DNA of 64,000 bases from Candidatus Omnitrophota bacterium (GTDB lineage: Bacteria > Omnitrophota > Gorgyraeia > Gygaellales > Profunditerraquicolaceae), in contig JBAYMG010000001.1 of assembly GCA_041663665.1 (NCBI GenBank), positions 193,482 to 257,481 on the forward strand. The letters are read 5' to 3'. Of the stretch, positions 1-9,594 are shown one piece after another (positions within the stretch are counted from its first letter, which is position 1; each line of letters starts with the position of its first letter). The notes beneath the pieces are model-generated. The model ran no database searches. It worked only from the letters and a program-made list of their open reading frames with translations, and was not told the origin of the DNA. Made by a program: the position numbers and the translations under genes.

Positions 1-2
1 GC

Positions 3-221
3 GGCGGCTTAAGGTTTAATAACGATAGCTTTATTCCCACCTCAACTCCGGTAATGCTTGAAATTAATATATTAGACCGCATATTAAGGCCAGTGGGTAA
101 AGTGGCCTGGTCAACACCGTTGGCGCATTCCAGCCGTAGTCAAGTTGGCATAGAGTTCGTAGAGTTTAACGTAATTGAAAAGAACTATCTTAAAGAGTTT
201 GTAAATCTGCAACTTAGATAG
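3..221 (+). CDS. 5'-truncated CDS, probable C-terminal part of a PilZ-domain protein (enters from upstream of the window)
   Basis: Frame 3 is open from the window edge to TAG at 219-221. The C-terminal pattern (...VGIEFVEFNVIEKNYLKEFV) resembles the C-termini of the other PilZ proteins in this window. Confidence 0.35.
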   Translation, partial: GGLRFNNDSFIPTSTPVMLEINILDRILRPVGKVAWSTPLAHSSRSQVGIEFVEFNVIEKNYLKEFVNLQLR

Positions 222-252
222 TTGATTACAACTTAATGAAAGGAAATTAGTT

Positions 253-447
253 ATGTCACCCGAAGCTGTTAAAGAAGAAAAAACTGAAAAAAAGCCGAAA
301 GTCGAAAAACAAACAAACTGTCCGGCTTGTAATAAGCTGATCAAGAAGTTAAGAAGATATTATCGTAACGGTAAATTGTATTGTACTAAGAGATGTTGGA
401 AGACAGCTTTAAGTAAGTCAAAGGAAGAGGCCGCAAATAAAAAATAA
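253..447 (+). CDS. small Lys-rich zinc-ribbon protein (CPAC...C..RC), hypothetical
   Basis: Four Cys arranged CxxC-N15-CxxxC; lies between two PilZ genes. Confidence 0.4.
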   Translation: MSPEAVKEEKTEKKPKVEKQTNCPACNKLIKKLRRYYRNGKLYCTKRCWKTALSKSKEEAANKK

Positions 448-794
448 TGAAAACCCCTCAAGAACGCAGGTTGCATCCACGCCTGGATCACAAGTTACCG
501 CTTAATCTTGAAATTAACGATTATAATTTTTCTACTTCAACTCACAATATCAGCAGTGTGGGGGCATATTGCCATTTAGACAAATATATGCCGCCTTTTA
601 CCAAGATTTCGGTTAAGTTAAGCCTGCCGAGTAAGGGGAAGGCAGGCAAGAACATGATTATTGAATGTAAGGGCGTGGTAGTTAGAACCGAAGATGAAAT
701 TAAGGGCGGATTTAATTTGGCTATATTTTTTAATGAAATCCGTAACGAAGAGCGTAAGAAAATCATCCAGTACATAAGCCGGTTCCTGCCTTAA
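447..794 (+). CDS. PilZ domain protein (c-di-GMP receptor-like)
   Basis: RxxxR (RLHPR) followed by the N-I-S-S-V-G (D/NxSxxG) PilZ signature; single-domain, 115 aa. Confidence 0.6.
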   Translation: MKTPQERRLHPRLDHKLPLNLEINDYNFSTSTHNISSVGAYCHLDKYMPPFTKISVKLSLPSKGKAGKNMIIECKGVVVRTEDEIKGGFNLAIFFNEIRNEERKKIIQYISRFLP

Positions 795-803
795 AAAATC
801 AAA

Positions 804-1319
804 TTGGGTAAAATTAGCAATTATAATCCGCAAGCCAAACTTATAATCGGCCTCATCTATAAAGATGAGGCTGTTTTTATTAAGGCGTTAAGTAAGCTTA
901 AAAAAAAATTTGGTAAAATTGATTTTGAATCAGCGGTAAACGATTTTATTCACACGAATCATTACCAGGCAGAAATGGGCGGAGAATTAAAAAGAAAATT
1001 TGTAAGTTTTTCAAAGATGATTCGACTGCAAAATCTTTATCGGATTAAGCTTTTTACTAATCGGTTAGAAGGTAAATTTCTAGTTAACAAGTGCCGCTTG
1101 ATTAATATTGATCCGGGCTGCCTGGATTTAGCCAGGTTAGTGTTGGCAACGACTAAGGATTATGCCCATAGAATATTTTTAAGAAAAGGTATTTTTGCTG
1201 AGGTTACCTTAACTTATCGCGGAAATACTTTTTCCCGCAATGACTGGACCTATCCGGATTATTGTACTCAAGAGTATATTGATATTTTTAATCAAATCAG
1301 GAAGTTTTGTATTTTGTAG
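804..1319 (+). CDS. DUF4416 family protein
   Basis: FESAVNDFIHTNHY...INIDPGCLDLARLVLATTKDYAHRIFLRKGIFAEVTL...WTYPDY matches the DUF4416 pattern as I recall it. Confidence 0.55.
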   Translation: MGKISNYNPQAKLIIGLIYKDEAVFIKALSKLKKKFGKIDFESAVNDFIHTNHYQAEMGGELKRKFVSFSKMIRLQNLYRIKLFTNRLEGKFLVNKCRLINIDPGCLDLARLVLATTKDYAHRIFLRKGIFAEVTLTYRGNTFSRNDWTYPDYCTQEYIDIFNQIRKFCIL

Positions 1320-1346
1320 TAATTTTTATAAGTTAAGGATTTCAAG

Positions 1347-2306
1347 ATGCCAGATTATCCAGCATATTTAGCAGCGTATAAAAGTGGACGATTAAAACAG
1401 GTTACTGATCAGTTATTTTCTTCGCTTGCTTCATGTTCAATTTGCCCGCGTCATTGTAAAATTAACCGCTTGAAGGAGAAGTTGGGATTTTGTAAGACCG
1501 GCAGCCTTCCTGAAGTGTTCAGTTTTATGTGCCATCATGGTGAAGAGCCGCCGATTTCAGGAGAGCGGGGCAGTGGGACGATATTCTTTAGCCACTGCAA
1601 TATGGGTTGCATTTATTGTCAGAATTATGAATTTAGCCAACTGGGTAAAGGTAAAAAATATTCTTTTGAAGAATTGGCAAAAATAATGTTAAAATTGCAG
1701 GAAGATGGATGCCATAATATTAATTTAGTTACGCCTACTCATGTTCTGCCGCAGATACTTAAGAGCCTGGAGTTAGCTGTCGAGGCTGGGTTGAGAATAC
1801 CCTTAGTTTATAATACCAGTGGTTATGACCTGCCGGAAATTATAAAATTACTCGATGGCATAGTTGATATATATTTAGCCGATAGCCGTTATGGAGATGA
1901 CTTAATTTCTAAGGAGTTATCCGGGGCCTTAAATTACACAAAATTCAATCAGGAAGCGTTGGTTGAAATGCATCGGCAAGTAGGGGTACCTAAAATAACT
2001 TCCGAGGGATTGATTAAAAGAGGCTTGATTGTCCGGCATTTAGTGCTGCCGAATCGGGTTTCGGCTACTGAGAAAATAATGAAATTTATTGCCGAAAAAA
2101 TATCTGATGAAACCTATATCAGCCTAATGAGCCAGTATTTGCCTTATTATCAAGCATCTGGCAATACTAAGATTAACCGCCGTTTGAAAGCTTCCGAGTA
2201 TGAAGAAGCTAAACAGGTTTTAAAACATTATCATTTGCTTAATGGTTGGACTCAGGAGTCCTACGGCCAGGAGAGGTTTGCGGGGGTAAATATCAAACCT
2301 GTTTAA
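1347..2306 (+). CDS. radical SAM protein, PflX-like (putative pyruvate formate-lyase activating enzyme family)
   Basis: CNMGCIYCQN CxxxCxxC radical-SAM motif; length and N-terminal C-rich segment are typical of COG1313. Confidence 0.8.
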   Translation: MPDYPAYLAAYKSGRLKQVTDQLFSSLASCSICPRHCKINRLKEKLGFCKTGSLPEVFSFMCHHGEEPPISGERGSGTIFFSHCNMGCIYCQNYEFSQLGKGKKYSFEELAKIMLKLQEDGCHNINLVTPTHVLPQILKSLELAVEAGLRIPLVYNTSGYDLPEIIKLLDGIVDIYLADSRYGDDLISKELSGALNYTKFNQEALVEMHRQVGVPKITSEGLIKRGLIVRHLVLPNRVSATEKIMKFIAEKISDETYISLMSQYLPYYQASGNTKINRRLKASEYEEAKQVLKHYHLLNGWTQESYGQERFAGVNIKPV

Positions 2307-2307
2307 T

Positions 2308-2790
2308 ATGCCAAAAGAATCGATATTTAAGAAAGTTTTTAATTTTCTATTTGCCAAGCTTTTTATAATTAATGATTCTGCTCAAAAAATTGCTTTAGGC
2401 GTCGGCCTGGGAGTGTTTTCCGGTATATTGCCGGGTACCGGCCCGTTAATTGCTTTATTTTTAGCCTTTATCTTTAGGGCTAATCGGGCTGCAGCATTGA
2501 TCGGAAGTTTACTTACTAATACTTGGTTAAGTTTGATAACTTTTGTCTTTGCAATAAAAGTCGGGTCTGCTATACTAAAGCTAAATTGGCACAATGTTTT
2601 TCATAAAGCACAATTTTTGTTTAAAGACTTTAGTTTTACTAAATTTTTTAAACTTTCATTTTCCGATGTGTTTTTGCCGGTTTTGGTTGGATATCTGGCC
2701 ATTAGCTTAATTCTTGGGGTGTTTAGCTACTTAGTAACCTTGCTGATAATCAGGAGGAGATTTCATGGAAATAAAACAATTCACCCATAA
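2308..2790 (+). CDS. DUF2062 membrane protein
   Basis: IALGVGLGVFSGILPGTGPLIALFLAFIF hydrophobic core typical of DUF2062. Confidence 0.5.
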   Translation: MPKESIFKKVFNFLFAKLFIINDSAQKIALGVGLGVFSGILPGTGPLIALFLAFIFRANRAAALIGSLLTNTWLSLITFVFAIKVGSAILKLNWHNVFHKAQFLFKDFSFTKFFKLSFSDVFLPVLVGYLAISLILGVFSYLVTLLIIRRRFHGNKTIHP

Positions 2791-3313
2791 TGTTAGAAAT
2801 GATTTTAATCGCGCACTAAACCTGGCCGGGGTTATCCCTTTGCTTGTTTTTGTCTATTTGGTAATTGGTAAATTATCCAATTTCAATGTTTTAGCCGGTG
2901 AGATCGGTTATATTATAATAGCCACGATCGGAGTATTTGCAACCGGGGTTGTTGTGGGCAGAAGAATGCTGGAATCAGTTACCTTTAAATTGATCGATGA
3001 TAACCAGAAAATTTTGTCGATGCAGCAAGAGCTGATTGAAAAGAACCGCTTAGCGGCAATTACTGAAACCGTGTTGACTTTAGGGGACCAGATTAATAAC
3101 CCTCTTTTATCGATTAGCGGCAATCTTGAGCTTTTGGATTCCGAGATCAAGGAAGCCGGCGCAGGAGAGAAATTAAAAAACAGAATCCAGACCATGCGGA
3201 ATAATTTTCAAAAAATCCGCGAGGTGACTGATAAGATGTCGAAATTAACCAAAGCGGAACTAGTGACAATTCATGGCAATACCCGGATGATTGATTTAAG
3301 TAAGTCAGTTTAA
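2765..3313 (+). CDS. membrane protein with degenerate HisKA/DHp-like helix (His replaced by Asp), no ATPase domain
   Basis: 2 TM segments, then LAAITETVLTLGDQINNPLLSISGNLELL, which resembles the H-E-I-x-N-P-L phosphoacceptor box but with D-Q instead of H-E. Confidence 0.4.
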   Translation: MEIKQFTHNVRNDFNRALNLAGVIPLLVFVYLVIGKLSNFNVLAGEIGYIIIATIGVFATGVVVGRRMLESVTFKLIDDNQKILSMQQELIEKNRLAAITETVLTLGDQINNPLLSISGNLELLDSEIKEAGAGEKLKNRIQTMRNNFQKIREVTDKMSKLTKAELVTIHGNTRMIDLSKSV

Positions 3314-3373
3314 CTGGTAATAATTTTTGAGAGTTGAAATATAATTTTAAACTAATAATTACCGGAGGAAGTA

Positions 3374-4120
3374 ATGAAAAGACTTGTTTTATTAAGGCAT
3401 GGAGAAAGTACTTGGAATAAAGAAAATCGTTTTACCGGTTGGACTGATGTTGATTTGTCAGAAAAAGGATTACAGGAAGCAAAGCAAGCAGGGGAGCTGC
3501 TTAAAAAAGAAGGTTTTGCCTTTGATGCTGCTTATACTTCAGTATTAAAACGGGCAATCCGCACTCTTTGGATTACTCTTGATGAAATGGATTTGATGTG
3601 GATACCGGTATATAATTCCTGGAGGCTTAATGAAAGGCATTATGGGGCATTGCAGGGATTGAATAAATCAGAGACTGCTTTAAAATATGGGGAAGAGCAG
3701 GTTTTAATCTGGAGAAGAAGTTATGATATCCCTCCGATGGCGTTGGATAAGAATGATGTGCGTTATCCGGGGCAAGATTTACGTTATAAAGGCCTTAAAG
3801 CCAAAGAATTACCCTTAACTGAATGCCTGAAAGATACCGTTGCCAGATTTTTACCTTATTGGCATAAAACTATTGCCCCGGCGGTTAAAAGCGGAAAGCG
3901 GGTAATTATTGCGGCGCATGGGAATTCCTTGCGGGCATTGGTTAAATACCTGGATAATGTTTCTGAAGAAAAAATCGTCGGCTTAAATATTCCTACGGCT
4001 ATGCCTTTAGTTTATGAGCTAGAAGATAATTTAAAACCAATCAGGAGCTATTATCTAGGTGATCCGGAAGCAGTTAAAAAAGCGATGGATGCGGTTGCTA
4101 ACCAAGGCAAGGCAAAGTAA
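3374..4120 (+). CDS. gpmA: 2,3-bisphosphoglycerate-dependent phosphoglycerate mutase
   Basis: [29 protein letters not shown] histidine-phosphatase signature; 248 aa. Confidence 0.9.
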   Translation: MKRLVLLRHGESTWNKENRFTGWTDVDLSEKGLQEAKQAGELLKKEGFAFDAAYTSVLKRAIRTLWITLDEMDLMWIPVYNSWRLNERHYGALQGLNKSETALKYGEEQVLIWRRSYDIPPMALDKNDVRYPGQDLRYKGLKAKELPLTECLKDTVARFLPYWHKTIAPAVKSGKRVIIAAHGNSLRALVKYLDNVSEEKIVGLNIPTAMPLVYELEDNLKPIRSYYLGDPEAVKKAMDAVANQGKAK

Positions 4121-4130
4121 GGAGGCAGGT

Positions 4131-4256
4131 ATGGCGGTAAAAAAAGTTGGTGAAAAATATCGTTGTAATGTTTGTGGAAATGAAGTAGCCGTAACTAAAG
4201 TTGGCGGCGGAGAATTGGTTTGTTGTAATGCACCGATGGAGAAAACCGGAGAATAA
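4131..4256 (+). CDS. desulforedoxin (41 aa rubredoxin-type FeS4 protein)
   Basis: [37 protein letters not shown] closely parallels Desulfovibrio desulforedoxin (..[27 protein letters not shown]). RBS GGAGG lies 6 nt upstream of the ATG at 4131. The track's 4059 start overlaps gpmA and is rejected. Confidence 0.75.
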   Translation: MAVKKVGEKYRCNVCGNEVAVTKVGGGELVCCNAPMEKTGE

Positions 4257-4269
4257 GAAAGGACAAGTG

Positions 4270-4848
4270 ATGACTAAATCAATTAAGGGTTCAAAAACAG
4301 AACAGAATTTACTAAAATCTTTTGCGGGTGAATCTCAGGCTCGTAATCGCTATACATATTTTGCTTCCGTAGCAAAAAAAGCAGGTTTTGAGCAAATTGC
4401 CAATATTTTTATTGAGACCGCGGAAAATGAAAAAGAACATGCCAAGATTTTTTTTAAATACCTTGAAGGCGGAGACTTAGAAATTACCGCTAGTTATCCT
4501 GCCGGTCAGATTAAGGATACTAAGGTTAATTTACAAGAGGCGGCAGCCGGCGAAAATATGGAATGGACTCTGCTTTATGCCGATTTTGCTAAAATTGCGC
4601 ATGATGAAGGTTTTGCGGAAATTGCCCGCTCTTTTGAGCAGGTCGCTAAGGTTGAAAGATTTCATGAAGCCAGGTACCGTAAGTTAATTAATAACATTTC
4701 AGAGAATGAAGTGTTTAAAAAGACCTCCACGGTTAAATGGCATTGTACTAACTGCGGCTATGTGTTTGAAGGCTTGGAAGCTCCTAAGGAATGTCCTGCC
4801 TGTAAGCATCCACAGGCATATTTTGAATTATTGGCTGAAAATTATTAA
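4270..4848 (+). CDS. rbr: rubrerythrin (diiron ferritin-like domain plus C-terminal rubredoxin)
   Basis: [22 protein letters not shown]...[10 protein letters not shown] diiron motifs and C-terminal CTNCGY...CPACKHP; the start at the ATG after AGGA fits better than the track start at 4201. Confidence 0.9.
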   Translation: MTKSIKGSKTEQNLLKSFAGESQARNRYTYFASVAKKAGFEQIANIFIETAENEKEHAKIFFKYLEGGDLEITASYPAGQIKDTKVNLQEAAAGENMEWTLLYADFAKIAHDEGFAEIARSFEQVAKVERFHEARYRKLINNISENEVFKKTSTVKWHCTNCGYVFEGLEAPKECPACKHPQAYFELLAENY

Positions 4849-4884
4849 AAAGATTGCTGTGTAGTTCTAAAGGAGGAGGAGAAG

Positions 4885-5334
4885 ATGAAAAAAGTGGTTT
4901 TAGTTTTCACGAGTATTGTTTTCTGTTTTTTCTTAGCGGGTATTTGTATTGTATTTGCACAAGACCAACTGCCGATAAACACTCAGCCAATTAAGCCTGC
5001 CAGCGTTCAAAAGAAGGCCCAAGTAAAAGAAAAAATAACTCAGGACCCTAATTTACCTCCAAAATTAAATAACGATACTGTTTCTTCCGAGTCAGAAGAG
5101 TCGTCGAAAACTAACTTAAATGATTTTCCTCTACCTCCGGTTATCATCTCTACAAGTTCTGATCAAGAAGCTATAGATAAAGAAAATCTTCCTCCTCCGT
5201 TTGTGCCAACAGCTGGCACTGAGGGTGATCTGGCCTCGGATCAAAGCAATAGTCCTTCGGAGCCAGTGAATGAATCGGAAGCCAATTTAGAAAGTAAATC
5301 AAAACTACCAAGCGATACAGTAAGTTCTAAATAG
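4885..5334 (+). CDS. secreted Ser/Pro/Glu-rich low-complexity protein
   Basis: N-terminal signal peptide/TM, then a low-complexity acidic tail. Confidence 0.45.
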   Translation: MKKVVLVFTSIVFCFFLAGICIVFAQDQLPINTQPIKPASVQKKAQVKEKITQDPNLPPKLNNDTVSSESEESSKTNLNDFPLPPVIISTSSDQEAIDKENLPPPFVPTAGTEGDLASDQSNSPSEPVNESEANLESKSKLPSDTVSSK

Positions 5335-5403
5335 ATAAAGCCGGCAATATGAAAAATGGATTAAATGTTGGAGTGGATAAGTAAATTACCTAACGGAGGA
5401 TAA

Positions 5404-5583
5404 ATGATTGATATCGAGGTACTTAAAATCGCCTTAACCAAAGAGGAGGGCGCAATTGAAACATATCAGAAAATGCTAATGGAACATCCTGGTTTAGAAG
5501 AATTACTTTCACTTTTAATATCTGAGGAGCAAAAACATAAAAGATTGATTGAGAATAAGATTATGTCTTTAACTCGAGAATAA
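5404..5583 (+). CDS. possible 59-aa ferritin-like/rubrerythrin-like mini-protein (below the ORF-track cutoff)
   Basis: MIDIEVLKIALTKEEGAIETYQKM...EEQKHKRLIE resembles one EExxH helix pair of ferritin-like proteins; GGAGG lies upstream. Confidence 0.25.
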   Translation: MIDIEVLKIALTKEEGAIETYQKMLMEHPGLEELLSLLISEEQKHKRLIENKIMSLTRE

Positions 5584-5668
5584 TATCTATATGTTTCAAA
5601 GAATATTGCTAGTTTTAAGTTGTCTGGTGCTGTTTGTTTTGGGAGTTGATCTTAAGGAGGGGTTAGCG

Positions 5669-6097
5669 ATGAAAATATCCAGCCCGGTTTTTGAAAATAA
5701 CACATTAATGCCGGAAAAATTCTCTTGTCTGGGGGAAGGCGTGAATCCTGAATTAACCATTAAGGATATTCCTGAAGGAACTGCGAGCCTGGCATTGATA
5801 GTGGATGATCCTGATGCATTGTTTAAGACGTATGTCCATTGGGTGCTTTATGATATTCCGCTTATTACGCGTATCGAAGAAAATAGCACTCCGGGCACTC
5901 AAGGTGTTAATACCTCAGGTGGAGTTGATTACGTAACTCCTTGCCCTCCCAGCGGAACCCACCGCTATTTTTTTAAAGTTTATGCCCTGGATAAAATGGT
6001 TGGTTTAGATGGGTTAAGTAAGCAAGATCTGGAAAATGAAATGCAGGGGCATATATTGGATAAAGCAGAATTAGTTGGTTTGTATAAAAAGAGATAG
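5669..6097 (+). CDS. YbhB/YbcL family Raf-kinase-inhibitor-like (PEBP) protein
   Basis: ALIVDDPDA...YVHWVLYDIP...GTHRYFFKVYALD PEBP signature. AAGGAGGGG RBS precedes the ATG at 5669; the alternative start at 5591 would add a signal peptide. Confidence 0.8.
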   Translation: MKISSPVFENNTLMPEKFSCLGEGVNPELTIKDIPEGTASLALIVDDPDALFKTYVHWVLYDIPLITRIEENSTPGTQGVNTSGGVDYVTPCPPSGTHRYFFKVYALDKMVGLDGLSKQDLENEMQGHILDKAELVGLYKKR

Positions 6098-6116
6098 AAT
6101 TAAAAAGGAGAAAATA

Positions 6117-6521
6117 ATGTTGAATTTGTCCAGGTACTTGTTTTTATCTATTTGTTTAGTTCTCTTAAGCAGCATTAATCTTTTTGCTCAAACCGTTAAT
6201 CCGGGCCCATCTGGCTCAAAATTTCAGAAGATAGATATAAATAAAGACGGTTCGATTACCGCAAGCGAAATGCAGGCGTACCAAGTGCAAAGATTTCAAG
6301 AGTTGGATCAAGACAAGAATGGGGCTATTGATTCTAAGGAGATCTCAGCTGATACAACTAAAATGCACCAGGCAGCTGATGCCGACAAGGATGGACAGGT
6401 AACTCAAGCCGAAGCAGCTTCACAATTTAGCCAATATTTTAAAGAGATGGATAAAAATAATGATAATAAAGTATCTGAGGCTGAGTATACTGATTATTGG
6501 AAGGGTATATATAAATTCTAA
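6117..6521 (+). CDS. secreted EF-hand calcium-binding protein (4 DxDxDG-like loops)
   Basis: Signal peptide, then DINKDGSITASE, DQDKNGAIDSKE, DADKDGQVTQAE, DKNNDNKVSEAE; RBS AAAGGAG lies 7 nt upstream. Confidence 0.65.
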   Translation: MLNLSRYLFLSICLVLLSSINLFAQTVNPGPSGSKFQKIDINKDGSITASEMQAYQVQRFQELDQDKNGAIDSKEISADTTKMHQAADADKDGQVTQAEAASQFSQYFKEMDKNNDNKVSEAEYTDYWKGIYKF

Positions 6522-6549
6522 AATAGCCAGAAGGATGAATCCATAAAAT

Positions 6550-8169
6550 ATGATTACAGTAAGCAATCTGTCATTGCAATTTGGGCAGCGCAAACTTTTT
6601 TCCGGGGTTAATCTTGTTTTTTCTCCCGGGAATTGTTATGGTTTAATCGGTGCTAATGGTTCGGGTAAGTCCACTTTTTTAAAGATTCTTTCAGGTGAGA
6701 TTGATTCAAGCAGCGGTGAAGTTACCGTATCTGCAGGTAAACGTGTTTCAGTCCTAAAACAGGATCAGTTTGCTTTTGACCAGTGTCCGGTCCTGATCAC
6801 AGTAATTATGGGCCATAAGCGTTTATACGAGATTATGGCCGAAAAGGAGGCAATTTATGCTAAGACTCCTTTTACCGATGAAGATGGAATGCATGCCTCA
6901 AGGCTTGAGGAAGAGTTTAGCGAATTAGAGGGTTGGAATGCTGAGAGTGATGCGGCTAAATTATTAAGCGATCTGGGTATCGAGGAGCCGTTGCACAACG
7001 CCCAAATGTCTAGTCTGGAAGCCGGTCAAAAATTCCGGGTTCTCCTGGCACAGGCTTTATTTGGAAATCCGGATATCCTGCTTTTGGATGAACCAACTAA
7101 CCATTTGGATGTCGAATCCAGTATGTGGCTAGAAGAGTTCCTTTGCGATTTTCAGAATATTGCTATTGTTGTTTCGCATGACCGGCATTTTTTAGATAAA
7201 GTTTGTACTCATGTGGCGGATATTGATTTTGCTAAAATTCATCTTTATGCCGGTAATTATACCTTTTGGTCAGAAGCCAGCCAGCTTGCCGCCAGGCAGC
7301 GCAGTGAAACTAACAAGAAGGTGGAAGAGAAACGTAAAGATTTGAAAGATTTTATTATGCGTTTTTCAAATAATGCCTCTAAGTCGCGCCAGGCAACCAG
7401 TCGTAAAAAAATTCTCGAGAAACTTACAATCGAAGATATTGAGCCGTCCTCACGTAAATATCCTTATATTAATTTTGAGCCTGAGCGGGAAGCCGGCAAT
7501 GACCTTTTGAGCATTACTAATTTATCCAAAAATGTTGATGGTGAGGTTATGTTTGAACGGTTAAACTTGACAATCCATAAAGGCGATAAAGTTGCTTTTG
7601 TCGGGCCAAATGACCTTTCCAAGACAATGCTTTTTGAAATTTTGATGAACCAAGCAAGTGCTGATAGCGGGGTTTTTAAATGGGGGGCATCTACCCGCAG
7701 AGCGTATTTTCCAAAAGATAACTCAGCATTTTTTAATTCAGATTTAAATATCCCTGACTGGCTTAGAAGTTATTCCCCCAATACGGAGGAAGAGTATATC
7801 CGTTCCTTTTTAGGGCGGATGCTTTTTTCAGGAGAGGAGGCGCTTAAGCCGGTGAAAGTTTTATCCGGAGGAGAAAAGGCCCGGTGTATGTTTACGCGGA
7901 TGATGGTTATTCAGCCTAATGTGATTGTCTTGGATGAGCCGACTAACCATTTGGACTTGGAATCGATCACTTCTTTAAACCGCGGTTTGGCTAAATTTCA
8001 AGGAACAATTTTATTTTCTTCCCATGACCATGAGCTGGTTCAGACAGTGGCAAATCGAATTATTGAGATTACGCCCAAAGGTTACATTGACCGAATCAGC
8101 ACAACTTTGGATGAATATTTAGCTAATGAACAAATCAAAGAGCAGCGACATGAGCTCTATAAAAAATAA
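6550..8169 (+). CDS. ABC-F family ATPase (EttA/Uup-like translational factor; two ABC cassettes, no TMD)
   Basis: Two Walker A motifs (GANGSGKST; and a second cassette) and LSGGEK signatures; 539 aa. Confidence 0.9.
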   Translation: MITVSNLSLQFGQRKLFSGVNLVFSPGNCYGLIGANGSGKSTFLKILSGEIDSSSGEVTVSAGKRVSVLKQDQFAFDQCPVLITVIMGHKRLYEIMAEKEAIYAKTPFTDEDGMHASRLEEEFSELEGWNAESDAAKLLSDLGIEEPLHNAQMSSLEAGQKFRVLLAQALFGNPDILLLDEPTNHLDVESSMWLEEFLCDFQNIAIVVSHDRHFLDKVCTHVADIDFAKIHLYAGNYTFWSEASQLAARQRSETNKKVEEKRKDLKDFIMRFSNNASKSRQATSRKKILEKLTIEDIEPSSRKYPYINFEPEREAGNDLLSITNLSKNVDGEVMFERLNLTIHKGDKVAFVGPNDLSKTMLFEILMNQASADSGVFKWGASTRRAYFPKDNSAFFNSDLNIPDWLRSYSPNTEEEYIRSFLGRMLFSGEEALKPVKVLSGGEKARCMFTRMMVIQPNVIVLDEPTNHLDLESITSLNRGLAKFQGTILFSSHDHELVQTVANRIIEITPKGYIDRISTTLDEYLANEQIKEQRHELYKK

Positions 8170-8187
8170 AAAAAGAGGGAGTTCCTG

Positions 8188-8763
8188 ATGAAAGTTGTTG
8201 CATTTAACTCAAGCGTACGTAAAGACGGTAATACTGCAATTTTGATCAAACAAGCTTTGGGGGAGTTAGAAAAAGAAGGAATCGAAACTGAACTTATTCA
8301 GCTTGCCGGTGAGAATCTCCAAGGGTGTATCGCTTGTAATAAATGCTTTAAAAATAAAAACAAGCAATGCGTTGTAACCAGCGATTCTATGAATACTTAC
8401 ATTGAAAAAATGGCTGAAGCAGACGGGATTATTATCGGGACTCCGACATATTTTGCCGATTGTACGGTTAATGCTAAAGCTCTAATTGAAAGGGCGGGCA
8501 TGGTTGCCCGGGCTAATGATAATATGCTAAAGCGTAAAATCGGCTCAGCGGTTATTGCCGTCAGGCGTGCCGGGGCAATTCATGCTTTTGATACAATCAA
8601 CCATTTTTTCACCATTGGCGAGATGATTATTGTCGGTTCATCATACTGGAATGTCGGGGTAGGAAGAGAAGCCGGAGAAGTTGAAGGTGATAAAGAAGGC
8701 TTAAGTACGATGAGCGTATTAGGCAAAAATATGGCCTGGCTTTTGAAGAAGGTCTGTAAATAA
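8188..8763 (+). CDS. iron-sulfur flavoprotein (Isf) / NADPH-dependent FMN reductase family
   Basis: Flavodoxin-like fold plus the compact C-x2-C-x2-C-x7-C motif (CIACNKCFKNKNKQC) characteristic of Isf. Confidence 0.75.
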   Translation: MKVVAFNSSVRKDGNTAILIKQALGELEKEGIETELIQLAGENLQGCIACNKCFKNKNKQCVVTSDSMNTYIEKMAEADGIIIGTPTYFADCTVNAKALIERAGMVARANDNMLKRKIGSAVIAVRRAGAIHAFDTINHFFTIGEMIIVGSSYWNVGVGREAGEVEGDKEGLSTMSVLGKNMAWLLKKVCK

Positions 8764-8782
8764 AAAAAAGTTTAGATAGCTA

Positions 8783-9550
8783 ATGATTGCAAAAATTATT
8801 AAACGATTTTTGATTTCCTTAGGAATAGTTTTTTTTATCTTGTTTATTACCGGGGTGGTTTCTTTTTTTGTTTTAAAAAATCTTAAAATAAAAGAAATTG
8901 TTGAGCGGGAGATCGAGAAAAGTTTAGGAATTAATGTAACGATTGAAAAGATTGAGATATCAGCATTGTTTACACATATTGCCGTTAAGGGGATAACTAT
9001 TCATAATCCCGGAGGTTTTCTTGAAGATGAACTGGCTTATATAAATTCCATTCATATTTTATTCGATCCATTGGAGGTCTTGCTCAAGTCTAAACCGAAT
9101 CTCTATGTTTTTGCGTTGGATTTACAGCGGCTGAATATTGTTAAGAATAATGACGGGTTGGTAAATATCGAAGAAATACTTCCGGTTAAGGATAAAAATG
9201 CTCCGGGGAGAGATCAGACTCCATTCTATTTTGATGTGTTAGTATTTAGCTTGGGTGAGGTAAATTATATTGACTATTCACAGGTAGCTAAAAAAGTAAA
9301 TAATTATCCGATTGGAATAAAAATGGCAACTTTTATCGGGATTAAGGATGAACAAGAGGTTATAAAATTGGTTGTTTCCAAAGCCATCGAGAATACGGAT
9401 ATCGGTAAGTTAATCAATTTAAAGATTATTCCGGTTGTTTCGCAAGTTGGAGATACTGTGGATGCGACTTGGGGTGCGGCAAAAAGCGGAGCAAGGAGCA
9501 TTTGGGGCATTGCTGTTTTGCCTTTTAATCTGTTATTCGGTAAATTATAA
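8783..9550 (+). CDS. membrane-anchored hypothetical protein
   Basis: N-terminal TM helix, no recognisable domain. Confidence 0.4.
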   Translation: MIAKIIKRFLISLGIVFFILFITGVVSFFVLKNLKIKEIVEREIEKSLGINVTIEKIEISALFTHIAVKGITIHNPGGFLEDELAYINSIHILFDPLEVLLKSKPNLYVFALDLQRLNIVKNNDGLVNIEEILPVKDKNAPGRDQTPFYFDVLVFSLGEVNYIDYSQVAKKVNNYPIGIKMATFIGIKDEQEVIKLVVSKAIENTDIGKLINLKIIPVVSQVGDTVDATWGAAKSGARSIWGIAVLPFNLLFGKL

Positions 9551-9594
9551 AGCAGATCCGGGGTTTTGGATAAAAGATTAAGAAAGGATAAAAT

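Noticed and set aside
111-344. 77-aa ORF on the - strand
   Set aside because: Overlaps the + strand zinc-ribbon gene and the truncated PilZ fragment; no RBS and a low-complexity look; probably non-coding.
4059-4256. 65-aa version of the desulforedoxin ORF starting inside gpmA
   Set aside because: The N-terminal extension overlaps the gpmA 3' end in another frame. A GGAGG RBS supports the ATG at 4131, and homology with desulforedoxin begins there.
6663-6669. Additional GGTAAGT occurrences (also 23921 and 9404)
   Set aside because: These arise from Walker-A G-K-S/T codons (ggt aag tcN) or lack the flanking CCCG...TTT context. They are not counted as members of the terminus motif family.
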